From: a bacterium
GTDB taxonomy: Bacteria; Patescibacteriota; Doudnabacteria; UBA920; VMFF01
Reading direction: 5' to 3'
DNA: 64,000 nt
Assembly: GCA_021811585.1 (NCBI GenBank)
Contig: JAJZOG010000007.1
Span: 57,459-121,458, forward strand
Part shown: piece by piece, positions 48,029 to 57,361 of the stretch
Layout of the letters: each line of letters opens with the position of its first letter
How positions within the stretch are numbered: the first letter of the stretch is position 1
Notes under the pieces: generated by a model
Seen by the model: the letters and a program-made list of their open reading frames with translations, nothing else
Told to the model about the DNA's origin: nothing
Database searches by the model: none
Position numbers and translations under genes: made by a program

Positions 48029-48415
48029 ATGCCATTGAATTTGGAAGGAAGATTTAGCGGTTTGAAGGATCCCGAAAGGGAGCGCGCCGCGAACGAACAG
48101 CTTAAAGCCGACCGCGAGCTGGAAAAACATCCCGAGCTTTTGCAATCAGCGGAAGAATTTAAAACATCTTTTTTGTACGATATGGATAAAAGATTTTTTT
48201 ATCCCGCAGAAGGGGAGGATGCTCCCGCGCGTTCCGCTTTCGCAACCAAAGCCGCTGATTTTATCCAGGCAAGCCCTTATTGGCAAACGCGCAGGGCTGA
48301 TGTCGAACAAGCCCTTTTCGCGGAATCCGAGCACGCGAGCACAACGGGCAATATAAAGAGGAAGGAATTTATAGACCAATTGGCGGCGCGCCTGCCTAAA
48401 AAAGAAAACTTTTAA
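48029..48415 (+). CDS. Hypothetical protein
   Basis: 128-aa ORF downstream of gatB; no motif. Confidence 0.4.
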   Translation: MPLNLEGRFSGLKDPERERAANEQLKADRELEKHPELLQSAEEFKTSFLYDMDKRFFYPAEGEDAPARSAFATKAADFIQASPYWQTRRADVEQALFAESEHASTTGNIKRKEFIDQLAARLPKKENF

Positions 48416-49349
48416 CAAGTTTTTCGGCTTTTCCAAAAGCCGATTTTTTTTTGCGCGCGTCCAGCCAATTGATGGCTTGATTCCTTTTCAGCCATGTTTT
48501 TTGCCTTCCGGCATAATGTTTTATTGCCGTGAAAAGCAATTCGCGCATTTGTGCCGCGCCGATTTTGCCGCGCAGGAATTGCGCAATAAATTTATATTCC
48601 AGGCCGAAATTTTCCAAAGTTTTCCAGGAGACGCCGCGCGCGTGCAAGCGCCGGACTTCGTTCGCCATTCCGCGCGCGAAACGGCTTTCCATGCGCGAAC
48701 GTATTTTTTTTTCCAATATTTTTTTCGGCATGTCCAAGCCAATGAACAGCGTGCGGTAAACCGGCTTGCTTTTTTTGCTGATGTCCAGGAATTGCAAGCC
48801 GCTTTCGGCAATTTCAATGGCGCGGATCAGCCGCCTCCGGTTTTTTGCGTCAATTTTTTTTGCCCGCAGAGGATCCATGCGGCGGAGCATTTCATGAAGC
48901 GTTTGCGCCGAAAATTTTTCCAGTTTTTTTCGGAGCGCCGGGTTTGGTTTTACGTCCGGAAAATTTTGGTTGAATGCCAGGGCATCCACCCAAAAACCCG
49001 TGCCGCCGGCGATTATCGGCACTTTTTCTCGCCCAAGAATATCAGAAATCGCTTTTTCGGCGCGCTTTTTAAATTTTATAATGTTGAAGTTTGCGGTTTT
49101 CGGGCTGGCAACATCGAGCAAATAATGCCTGATTCCGCGCATTTCTTTGCGCGAAAATTTTCCGGTGCCAATATTCATGCCCTTGTAAACTTGCCGCGAA
49201 TCGGCGGAAATTATTTCACCGCCGAATTTTTTTGCCAAATGCACTGCAAGCTCGGATTTTCCGGTTGCCGTGGGCCCGACAACCGCAATAATTTTCGGCT
49301 TGGCTTCGGCTCCGGCTTTTTTATTTCCGCTTTTTGATTTCTTCATCAA
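48396..49349 (-). CDS. miaA: tRNA dimethylallyltransferase
   Basis: 'IIAVVGPTATGKSELAVHLAKKFGGEIISADSRQVYKGMNIGTGK'. Confidence 0.85.
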   Translation of the reverse strand: MMKKSKSGNKKAGAEAKPKIIAVVGPTATGKSELAVHLAKKFGGEIISADSRQVYKGMNIGTGKFSRKEMRGIRHYLLDVASPKTANFNIIKFKKRAEKAISDILGREKVPIIAGGTGFWVDALAFNQNFPDVKPNPALRKKLEKFSAQTLHEMLRRMDPLRAKKIDAKNRRRLIRAIEIAESGLQFLDISKKSKPVYRTLFIGLDMPKKILEKKIRSRMESRFARGMANEVRRLHARGVSWKTLENFGLEYKFIAQFLRGKIGAAQMRELLFTAIKHYAGRQKTWLKRNQAINWLDARKKKSAFGKAEKLVKSFLF

Positions 49350-51234
49350 TTTCAGCTGCGAATTTTTTCAATCCCCAGGCGCCCAAATCCGTGCCGCGCC
49401 TGCGTAGCGCCAATTTTTTTGCCTTTGCTTCTTTTTCGCCAAGCACAATCATATACGGAATTTTTTGCATCTCGGCTTCGCGGATTTTTTTGCCAATAGA
49501 CTCGTCGCGAATATCGCTTTCAACTCGCAGCGCCGGCAAAATTTCTTTCAATTCTTTTTCAACGGCCTTGGCATATTTATTTTGCTTTTTTGATATCGGC
49601 AAGATCACCGCCTGCACAGGCGAAAGCCATAGCGGAAACGCGCCGCCGTAATGCTCGATTAAAAACGCAATAAATCTTTCATGCGAACCCAAGGGTGCTC
49701 TATGAATTACGAACAATGGTTTTGCCTGCCCATCTTTGTCCGTATATGTCAGATCAAATCGTTCCGTAGCCAAAAAATCTAACTGATTTGTTGATGCTGT
49801 TTCTTCTTTACCAACAATGCTTTTAATTTGGAAATCAACTTTAGGGCCATAAAATGCCGCTTCACCCTCAGCTTCGGTATAAGGAAGTTTGGAACGTTTC
49901 ATAGCTCTGCGGACAATCTCGACAGATTTTTTCCAGCCCGCAGGTATATCTACGTATTTAGTTTTGTCCGGGGCGGGAAGAGAAAGGCGCATATAAAAAT
50001 CTTTTATGCCGAAAACTTTTTTATACCAGAATTCATGCAATTTCATAACCTTAAGAAATTCTTCTTCCGCTTGTTCTTCGGTGCAATAAATATGCGCGTC
50101 ATTTTGGGTAAAACCGCGAACTCGAAGCAATCCCGTTAATGTACCGGATAATTCATATCGATAGACTGTGCCGTATTCGGCGAACCTTAAAGGTAAATCG
50201 CGATAGCTGTGCTTTTGCGCGCGGTAAATCATGTGAGTGTGCGGGCAATTCATGGCTTTTAAATAATAATTGCCGTCATCCAGTTTCATTGGCGGGTACA
50301 TACTGTCAGCATAATACGGAATGTGCCCGGACATTTTGTATAATTCTTCTTTAGCTATATGCGGAGTGGATATCCGTTGATATCCCCATTCTTTTTCTAT
50401 TTGTTTTGCATATTTTTCTATCTCATCCCGAATAATTGTACCTTTTGGCAACCACAATGGCAGTCCTGGGCCAACTTCTTCCGCGAAAGTAAAGAGTTGA
50501 AGTTTTTCGCCAAGCACGCGATGGTCACGTTTTTTTGCTTCCTCGATTTGGAATAAATATTGTTCCAACTCTTTTTTGCTTTCAAAAGCCAGCCCGTAAA
50601 TTCTTTGCATCTGCGGATTTTTTTGATCGCCGCGCCAATACGCGCCCGAAACTTTTTCCAACTTAAAGCTGTCCGGCGCGATTTCCGAAGTATTTTTCAC
50701 ATGCCCGCCGCGGCAGAGATCGCTGAATTTTCCGGTGTGGTAGATACTTACAGTTTGCGTAACATTTGCCGCGGGTTTTGCAGATGCAGATTCGCCCAGA
50801 ATATCTTTAAAGACGGTGGTGCCGTATTTTTGTATATCATTAACCAGTTCTACTTTAAAGGATTGATTTTTTTGTTGAAAGTATTTTTTGGCGTTGTCAA
50901 AAGACATTTCTTCACGTTTGAATTCCAATTTTTGACGGGCAAGTTCGCGCATGCGTTTTTCCAGTTTTTGCAAATCTTGCGGCGTAAGCGCGCGCGGAAG
51001 CAGGAAATCATAATAAAATCCGTTTTCAATTACAGGCCCAACGCCAAGCTGGGCTTTTGGAAACATTTCCACAACCGCGCTTGCCAAAAGATGCGCCAGT
51101 GAGTGGCGAAGGTTGTGGAGTTTTTCAGGATTAAATTTTTTGGATGAAGATTTGGACAGGGAGTTTGATGAGGAGTTTGAAGGGGATTTTGATGGGAATT
51201 TCGATGAGAGTTTGGAAGATTTTTTTGCCGGCAT
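49321..51234 (-). CDS. thrS: Threonine--tRNA ligase (with an unusual Ser/Lys-rich N-terminal extension)
   Basis: Class II motifs 'RVRGFTQNDAHIYC', 'FYGPKVDFQI' and 'HRAPLGSHERFIAFLIEHYGGAFPLWLSP'; C-terminal anticodon-binding domain. Confidence 0.9.
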   Translation of the reverse strand: MPAKKSSKLSSKFPSKSPSNSSSNSLSKSSSKKFNPEKLHNLRHSLAHLLASAVVEMFPKAQLGVGPVIENGFYYDFLLPRALTPQDLQKLEKRMRELARQKLEFKREEMSFDNAKKYFQQKNQSFKVELVNDIQKYGTTVFKDILGESASAKPAANVTQTVSIYHTGKFSDLCRGGHVKNTSEIAPDSFKLEKVSGAYWRGDQKNPQMQRIYGLAFESKKELEQYLFQIEEAKKRDHRVLGEKLQLFTFAEEVGPGLPLWLPKGTIIRDEIEKYAKQIEKEWGYQRISTPHIAKEELYKMSGHIPYYADSMYPPMKLDDGNYYLKAMNCPHTHMIYRAQKHSYRDLPLRFAEYGTVYRYELSGTLTGLLRVRGFTQNDAHIYCTEEQAEEEFLKVMKLHEFWYKKVFGIKDFYMRLSLPAPDKTKYVDIPAGWKKSVEIVRRAMKRSKLPYTEAEGEAAFYGPKVDFQIKSIVGKEETASTNQLDFLATERFDLTYTDKDGQAKPLFVIHRAPLGSHERFIAFLIEHYGGAFPLWLSPVQAVILPISKKQNKYAKAVEKELKEILPALRVESDIRDESIGKKIREAEMQKIPYMIVLGEKEAKAKKLALRRRGTDLGAWGLKKFAAEIDEEIKKRK

Positions 51235-51304
51235 AATTTTATTAAATTTAATAATTTTTTAATTTTCGCTGGTTTCAGCTGTTTGGCGGGTTTCAGCTGT
51301 TTAA

Positions 51305-51560
51305 ATGATAAAACCCCAAGGTCTTAGAACAGCGCGCTGCTATTCAAAAACTTTGGGGTTCAATTTAAGGCACGCATTGATTCGCGCCTTTTGAACGGTT
51401 CCACCCAAACACTCTTTTAATTGTTTAAAGCTCGCCGGTTGGTAGCCGGGTCAACGCTTCAAGGGCTGGTACTTCAAGGGCTGGTAGAAGTATAACACCA
51501 GGTGCCCTCTTTGACAAATATGGAGAAATTATGTATTATTCGTTTTCTGGCGCAAGCCGG
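51305..51560 (-). promoter_or_regulatory. Candidate T-box leader for thrS (T-box-like sequence immediately 5' of a terminator hairpin)
   Basis: Minus-strand read '...uuuGGGUGGAACCGuucaaaaggcgcg...' versus the consensus 'AGGGUGGnACCGCG', followed by hairpin 'AACCCCAAAG-N30-CUUGGGGUU' and 'UUUAUCAUUU', about 80 nt before the thrS ATG. A possible Thr specifier is 'CUACCAA'. Confidence 0.3.
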
Positions 51561-51594
51561 ATGTAGTTGAAATCTACAATAGGAGGAGAGAAAA

Positions 51595-52194
51595 ATGCAA
51601 TTGCCGTTTGTTCTTGCGACTGGGGGGATGCCGATAACTCCTGGGACGCAAACTCCAGGGACGCAAGCAACTCCTGGCTTGCTTTCTGCGAGGCATCAGG
51701 GAAGAGGGAAGGTGTTTGTTCCTCGCCCCGCAGAAAAAACCGGGCTAATTCCGGACGGGATGTCGCTTTTGAGCGACTGTCCGGAAGACGTAATATATTC
51801 CGACACGCCCGTGCGGTTTCAGACCGTAATGAGCGCGTACGTCGGAAAATATAGGTTGGATGCCAAGGACGGGGAACACGTCCCTGGTGTCCAAGCATTA
51901 GAGCTTGCTGCTTCCCTGAACTCCTACGGGAGCTTGGGCTTTGGCGAGCTCGTGACTAGCGGGAAAATAAGTTTACCCGCTGTCCATCCGGATGGAAGCA
52001 TTTTTTATGGCCCGATTTTGCTGTGGCGCACGCGCGTGCGTGTGTCCCACAGCTTATTGTCGGGCGAGGGCGTATTATGTCTATATAAGCAGCGGCAAAG
52101 CCGCCGCTGGGTAGTGGATTACCTTCATGTCGAGGGCGGGTTCTGTTTGAGCACCCTGGTGGTGCCTGAACAAGAACAACCGCCAGCCGCATAA
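51595..52194 (+). CDS. Hypothetical protein (locally GC-rich gene with a strong Shine-Dalgarno)
   Basis: 'AGGAGGagagaaaaATG'; 199-aa ORF. Confidence 0.5.
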   Translation: MQLPFVLATGGMPITPGTQTPGTQATPGLLSARHQGRGKVFVPRPAEKTGLIPDGMSLLSDCPEDVIYSDTPVRFQTVMSAYVGKYRLDAKDGEHVPGVQALELAASLNSYGSLGFGELVTSGKISLPAVHPDGSIFYGPILLWRTRVRVSHSLLSGEGVLCLYKQRQSRRWVVDYLHVEGGFCLSTLVVPEQEQPPAA

Positions 52195-52312
52195 GTTGCG
52201 GCGCCAATAGCTTTAAATACCGCGAGCATCTGCTACAGTACAGCAGGTGCCGCGGTTTTCTTTTTATTTTTTTAGTGTTATATTTTTAATGAAAATTAAT
52301 AAAATTTGAATT

Positions 52313-53461
52313 ATGGGAAATCATATGGGAAATCATAAGGTTTCCGGCGAGGCCAGGCGCTCGGCCGGTACAATGGAAATTGTCAGTTCGGATGAGTTGC
52401 GGAAGAGAACAAGTGCGCTGTTCAACAGGGATTTAAATGCGCAGGAAATAGAATCTTTGGATCATATTAAAATGGGCCGCCATGAATTTGAAGCGGTTTT
52501 TGAGCAAATAAAAAATGCTTTGAGAAGGTATAAAACAGCAAAAGAAGTTTTGGATGCGAATCGCCTGGAATTGCAAGATAGCATCAAAACCGCAAGCACG
52601 GGCGCGGCGCGGCCGCCTGCCAATATGACGTTAATAGAATCCATAAGGCAGAGGAAAGCAGAGGCGGAGCGCGTCAAGGAAGTTGAAAAGGATATTTTGG
52701 AAGCTAAACGCCTTGAGGGTGAAATAAAATTCATGATGGTGCTTGAATCGTTGCAGAAACAAAATACGCAAAATATAGAAACGAAAATTTTATCCATGCA
52801 GTCGGAATTGATTTTCAAGGAGTATTTTGAAGAATGGTATGAGGACCGGCTCACCGTAGAAATTGCCACGGAATATGACGATTATAAAAACCACGTTGAT
52901 GAGATAATAGAAATTGAAAAAGACGCGGAAATTTTGGGCGCCGGAGTTGATGTAACCTTGAGCACGAATGAAAGTTTGGGCAAAAAGCTGGCGCGCGTCA
53001 AGCGTAAAATAGAAAGCGGAGAACTGGGCGAGATAAAATATAATTGGTCTTTTAAAACCGGAAAGTGGTCAAAAGTAAATAACATACCGAACGTGGTTAT
53101 TGCTTTGGATGTTGCAACCGTAAAGAATTTGTGGTATTTGCATGAAAACCTCGGCAGTTATGAAAATCCCGAGAAGTTGCCCGAAGATCAGAAGGAAAAA
53201 TATAAAAGCGATTTAAAAAAATTGAGAACGCATATTGCTCGCGCACTGGTTGTCGAACAGCTCAGGTATCAATTAAAAGTTTACAGCAATTTTGCGCGTT
53301 CCGTGGGAAATCAAAAATTGGCAGAGAGGTTCGGTGCTATTGCCGAGAAATTTGCGGACATTTCGGAATGGACGGGCAAGCAAATCGAAAATGCCGATGT
53401 AAAAACGCACCAGTCGATTGCGGAGTTTAAGGCGCAAATGGGAAACGTGTTTGGGGTATAG
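52313..53461 (+). CDS. Hypothetical coiled-coil protein
   Basis: 382-aa Glu/Lys-rich ORF; true start may be the internal ATG at 52376. Confidence 0.5.
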   Translation: MGNHMGNHKVSGEARRSAGTMEIVSSDELRKRTSALFNRDLNAQEIESLDHIKMGRHEFEAVFEQIKNALRRYKTAKEVLDANRLELQDSIKTASTGAARPPANMTLIESIRQRKAEAERVKEVEKDILEAKRLEGEIKFMMVLESLQKQNTQNIETKILSMQSELIFKEYFEEWYEDRLTVEIATEYDDYKNHVDEIIEIEKDAEILGAGVDVTLSTNESLGKKLARVKRKIESGELGEIKYNWSFKTGKWSKVNNIPNVVIALDVATVKNLWYLHENLGSYENPEKLPEDQKEKYKSDLKKLRTHIARALVVEQLRYQLKVYSNFARSVGNQKLAERFGAIAEKFADISEWTGKQIENADVKTHQSIAEFKAQMGNVFGV

Positions 53462-53523
53462 GGATTAATTTTTGGGGTATAAAGATTAAATTTTGCTGCG
53501 GCCCAAGCTTTGCCGGAAAACGG

Positions 53524-56500
53524 CTACAGTTTTTGCACCCAGACCCTCCGGACTTCTTTTATGAGCCGCAGTTCTTTGACAAGGTCGTCGGAAAAGGCGA
53601 CTTTTGTTTTTGTTTTCAAAATTTTTCCCGAGCTCATCCCGGAATTTATCCGCGAATTTATTCCCGATTTTTTTGAATCCGTCCCGGAATCGGAATTTCC
53701 CGGATTCCCAGAATTTATTTTCAAATTTATTCCCGGCGCCGACCCCGGCTCAGAATGTCCTGTCCCGATTTCCAAATGCACCTGCGCATTTCCCGGATAT
53801 TTTTGTAAAATTTTCTTGATTGTTTCCAAAGCCACCGCGCTGACCTTATCCGGCACATTTATCACAACAGCGCTGTTATTTTCAAAATCCTTAATACTTT
53901 CTTCGTAAATAAGATCGTTGGGGAGGTCAGCGGCGTCTTCGACTATCAATTTGTATTCGCCGTCTTTATCCGAAAGCCGGCCGGTGAGTTGCAGGATTTT
54001 CTCTTCTTCAAGGCTGATTTTGATTTTTGCGAGGGCCGAGGGGAAAATAATCGCCTCGATCGCGCCGGTCTGGTCTTCCAAATTCACAAAAAGCATGGGC
54101 TCTGATTTTTTGGTCAAGCTTTTTTTCATTTTGGAGATAATGCCGCCCAGGGACACGGTGGCTCCGATTATTTCTTCGCTTAATGAGCCGATGGGCGCTA
54201 GCGTGGAAAGCACTTTTTTGAAATTTTCCAGCGGGTGGGAAGAAACGTAGAGGCCCAAAAGTTCTTTTTCCCAGACAAGTTTTTCGTCTTTGCCCGCAGG
54301 CGGCGCTTCTTTCAGTTTCATGTCGAATTGCTGGGCGCTTTGCGTTCCGAACAAGCTCTCCTGGCCGGCTTGCCGCGATTTTATTTGTTCGCGAGCGAAG
54401 TCCAAGACGGCTTCGGTATTGGCGAGCAGCATATTCCGTTCGCCAAAACCGTCCATTGCGCCGCATTTTACCAGCGCCTCCCAGGACTTTTTATTCATGT
54501 TTTTAACGTTGACGCGAAGCACGAAATCTTTCAGGGATTTGAAAGGCCCGTTTATTTTCCGCTCTTCTTTTATTTTTGCAACAACATCAGAGCCGAGATT
54601 TTTAATAGCGCCCAGGCCGAAGCGGATATTGTGCTCGTCTATGACAGTGAAATTTTTGAGAGATTCGTTAACGTCCGGAGGCAAAACGTTAATTCCCATT
54701 TTTTTGCATTCCTCGACCGCGGCGTAAATTTTTGCGGCATCTCCGCTTTCGGCTGTCATAACCGCGGCCATGAATTCCACCGTGTAATTGGCTTTCATAT
54801 AAGCGGTTTGGTATGAGACCGAAGCATAAGATGCGCTATGCGCCTTGTTAAAGCCATAGGCCGCGAACGGCTCTATCCAGGCCCAAATTTCTTCGGCTTT
54901 GTTGGCGCTGAATTTGGAATGGCTTATGCACCCGTCAATGAATTTAAGTTTTTGCTTGGCCATTTCCGCGGGAATTTTTTTGCCCACTGCTTTCCTGAAT
55001 TTGTCCACTTCTTCCCATGTGTAGCCGGCAATATCGTGCGCAATTGCCAGCAAATCATCCTGATAAACCAAAACTCCGTAAGAGCGGTGCAGAATATTTT
55101 CCAGCGAAGGGTCGAGATACGAAACCAGCCGCGGGTTATGCGCGCGCTCTATATATAGAGGGATGAATTGGAGCGGGCCGGGGCGGTACAAGGCAATCAT
55201 GGCGGCAAGATCGAAAATATTTTTTGGCCTCAGCTCTTTCAAATATCGGGTCATGCCAGAAGAACCCAGTTGGAAGACGCCGAAGGTGTGGCCTTCCGAA
55301 AGCATTGCGAAGGTTTTTTTGTCAGGGTGCGGCAGGTTGTAAATGTCTATTTTCGCATTATGCCTCGCTTCCACGATTTTGATCGCTTCTTCCAAAATGG
55401 AGAGATTGCGGATGCCCAGCAAATCTATTTTTACAACGCCTATGGCTTTAATGTTGGCATTGCTGTCCAAGCTGTACATGTCGTATTGCGTGATGATTTT
55501 TTCTCCGTCCGGTTCTTTTTGGATCGGGCAGTAGTCCGTGATTTCCGTCGGGGTAATAACGATGCCCGCGGCATGAACCGAGGCATGGCGCTTGTTGCCC
55601 TCGATGCGCTTGGCAATATCAATGATGCGTTTTGTATCCGCGTCTTTTTTATAAATTTCCGCTAATTCGGGAGCGATTTCCAATGCATGGTCAATGGTCA
55701 TTTCAAAGCCCTGCTTGCCAAGCGGAATCATCTTGGCGATTCGGTCGCACTTGGAATAGGGAACTCCCAAAGCGCGCCCGACATCGCGCACCGCCGCGCG
55801 CGCCTGCATGGTGCCGAACGTGATGATCTGCGCAACTTTTTCCTTGCCGTATTTCCGCGTTACATATTCGATGACATCGTCGCGGCGCAGGTCGGCAATA
55901 TCCAAATCAATATCAGGCGGAGTGGGGCGGTGCATGGTTAGGAATCTCTCAAAAGGAAGTTCGAAATACAGCGGGTCAATATTGGTAATGCCTGTAACAT
56001 AGCCAACCATGGAGCCGGCGGCAGATCCTCTGGTGTTGGTGATGACATTCATTTCTTTTGCGGCATTGACAATGTCGGCAAGCACCAAAAAATAAGTTGC
56101 AAAGCCTTTGTTATTGATAATTTCCAGTTCGTAAGCCAGCCGCTTTTTTATGGTTTCGGGCAAATCGCCGCGCGGATCTTTTTCGCCGTCTTTTTCGCCG
56201 TAGAATTTTTTAGCTTTTTCAAAAGAAATTTCCGTAAGGTATTCTTCGGGCGATTGCCCTTGAGGAGTGGGGAAGACAGGGAAGTATCTTTGGTTGGTGG
56301 GGATTTCGAGGTTGCATTTATCCGAAATTATTTGCGTGTTGGCAAGAGCTTCAGGCATATCGGAAAAAAGTTCTTGCATTTCTTGCGCGCTTTTTAGCGA
56401 AAGGTTGGCGCTGGTCATATTCAGGCGGTCCTGGTCGTTTATTGTTTTTCCCGTGCTGATGCACACTAAAATATCTTGCGCAGAGGCGTCTTCCGCGTTT

Positions 56501-57144
56501 AAGTAATGGGAATCCGCCGTGGCCACAAGTTTTAAACCGTATTCGCCGGCGTATTTTTTCAGTGATTGGATTACTTTTTCGTTTTCGCGCGAGAAAGTGT
56601 CGGCAGTGTCGCGCTGGTTGCGCTGAATTTCCAGATAGAAATTCTCTTTGCCGAAAATATCCATGTATTCCTGCAGCGCTTTGCGCGCCTGGCTGTCGGA
56701 ATTTTTTACGCTCCTGTAAATTTCTCCGCCAGGACATCCCGAGAGCGCGATTATTCCCTTACCATATTTCTTGAGAAGAGATTTGTCGATGCGCGGCTTG
56801 TAATAAAAGCCATCCAGGTGAGCGATGGACGCCAGGCGCATTAAATTTTTATAGCCCTCGTAATTTTGCGCCAGCAAAGTGAGATGGAAATAATCATCGT
56901 CAATTTTCGCTTGCTTGTCCAAAAGGGAACGCACGGCAACATATGCTTCAAAGCCGATTATTGGCTTTATGCCGGCGTCTTTGCACGTATTGTAAAATTC
57001 TATGGCCCCATACATGGCGCCGTGATCAGTGATTGCCAGCGCTTCAAACCCAAGTTCTTTCGCGCGCTTTACAAGTTCCTCGATTTTAGAAAGCCCGTCG
57101 AGTAAGGAAAAATGCGTGTGAACATGCAGGTGCGTGAATTTCAT
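53524..57144 (-). CDS. dnaE: DNA polymerase III alpha subunit (PHP domain N-terminal)
   Basis: 'MKFTHLHVHTHFSLLDG' PHP motif; 'AITDHGAMYGA'; polymerase core motifs; Gly/Asn/Ser-rich low-complexity segment near the C-terminus. TATAAT lies 7 nt upstream of the ATG on the minus strand. Confidence 0.9.
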   Translation of the reverse strand: MKFTHLHVHTHFSLLDGLSKIEELVKRAKELGFEALAITDHGAMYGAIEFYNTCKDAGIKPIIGFEAYVAVRSLLDKQAKIDDDYFHLTLLAQNYEGYKNLMRLASIAHLDGFYYKPRIDKSLLKKYGKGIIALSGCPGGEIYRSVKNSDSQARKALQEYMDIFGKENFYLEIQRNQRDTADTFSRENEKVIQSLKKYAGEYGLKLVATADSHYLNAEDASAQDILVCISTGKTINDQDRLNMTSANLSLKSAQEMQELFSDMPEALANTQIISDKCNLEIPTNQRYFPVFPTPQGQSPEEYLTEISFEKAKKFYGEKDGEKDPRGDLPETIKKRLAYELEIINNKGFATYFLVLADIVNAAKEMNVITNTRGSAAGSMVGYVTGITNIDPLYFELPFERFLTMHRPTPPDIDLDIADLRRDDVIEYVTRKYGKEKVAQIITFGTMQARAAVRDVGRALGVPYSKCDRIAKMIPLGKQGFEMTIDHALEIAPELAEIYKKDADTKRIIDIAKRIEGNKRHASVHAAGIVITPTEITDYCPIQKEPDGEKIITQYDMYSLDSNANIKAIGVVKIDLLGIRNLSILEEAIKIVEARHNAKIDIYNLPHPDKKTFAMLSEGHTFGVFQLGSSGMTRYLKELRPKNIFDLAAMIALYRPGPLQFIPLYIERAHNPRLVSYLDPSLENILHRSYGVLVYQDDLLAIAHDIAGYTWEEVDKFRKAVGKKIPAEMAKQKLKFIDGCISHSKFSANKAEEIWAWIEPFAAYGFNKAHSASYASVSYQTAYMKANYTVEFMAAVMTAESGDAAKIYAAVEECKKMGINVLPPDVNESLKNFTVIDEHNIRFGLGAIKNLGSDVVAKIKEERKINGPFKSLKDFVLRVNVKNMNKKSWEALVKCGAMDGFGERNMLLANTEAVLDFAREQIKSRQAGQESLFGTQSAQQFDMKLKEAPPAGKDEKLVWEKELLGLYVSSHPLENFKKVLSTLAPIGSLSEEIIGATVSLGGIISKMKKSLTKKSEPMLFVNLEDQTGAIEAIIFPSALAKIKISLEEEKILQLTGRLSDKDGEYKLIVEDAADLPNDLIYEESIKDFENNSAVVINVPDKVSAVALETIKKILQKYPGNAQVHLEIGTGHSEPGSAPGINLKINSGNPGNSDSGTDSKKSGINSRINSGMSSGKILKTKTKVAFSDDLVKELRLIKEVRRVWVQKL

Positions 57145-57162
57145 GGGTATATTATAGCATGG

Positions 57163-57337
57163 GGTCCAACCCAAACCCCCAACCTAAACCCCTGATCCAA
57201 ACCCCCAATCTAAAACCCTAACCTAAAAAATAATGCACTTTTAAAGGACTTTTTCTTAACTTCTTCTTAATTACTTAATAAAAAACCCTGGATTAGGGTT
57301 TTAGATTGGGGTATTAGGTTGGGGGTTTGGGTTGGAC
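57163..57337. repeat. Long imperfect inverted repeat (two arms of ~50-60 nt made of degenerate CCCTAA/CCCCAA-like units) around a ~70-nt AT-rich loop
   Basis: Left arm 'ggtccaacccaaacccccaacctaaacccctgatccaaacccccaatctaaaaccctaacc'; right arm 'ggattagggttttagattgggggtattaggttgggggtttgggttggacc'. Lies in the divergent dnaE/57362 intergenic region. Confidence 0.6.
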
Positions 57338-57361
57338 CCGCGTTGATGTTATAATATCTTC

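Noticed and set aside
51300-52260. GC-rich stretch examined as a possible RNase P RNA, tmRNA or SRP RNA
   Set aside because: No conserved motifs were found on either strand (no GGAAAGUCCGG / AGGGUGAAA / ACAGAACCCGGCUUA set, no tmRNA tRNA-like 3' end, no SRP GGAAGGAAGCAGC). The region contains an SD-led 199-aa ORF instead. Only the short T-box-like element at 51398-51407 was retained.
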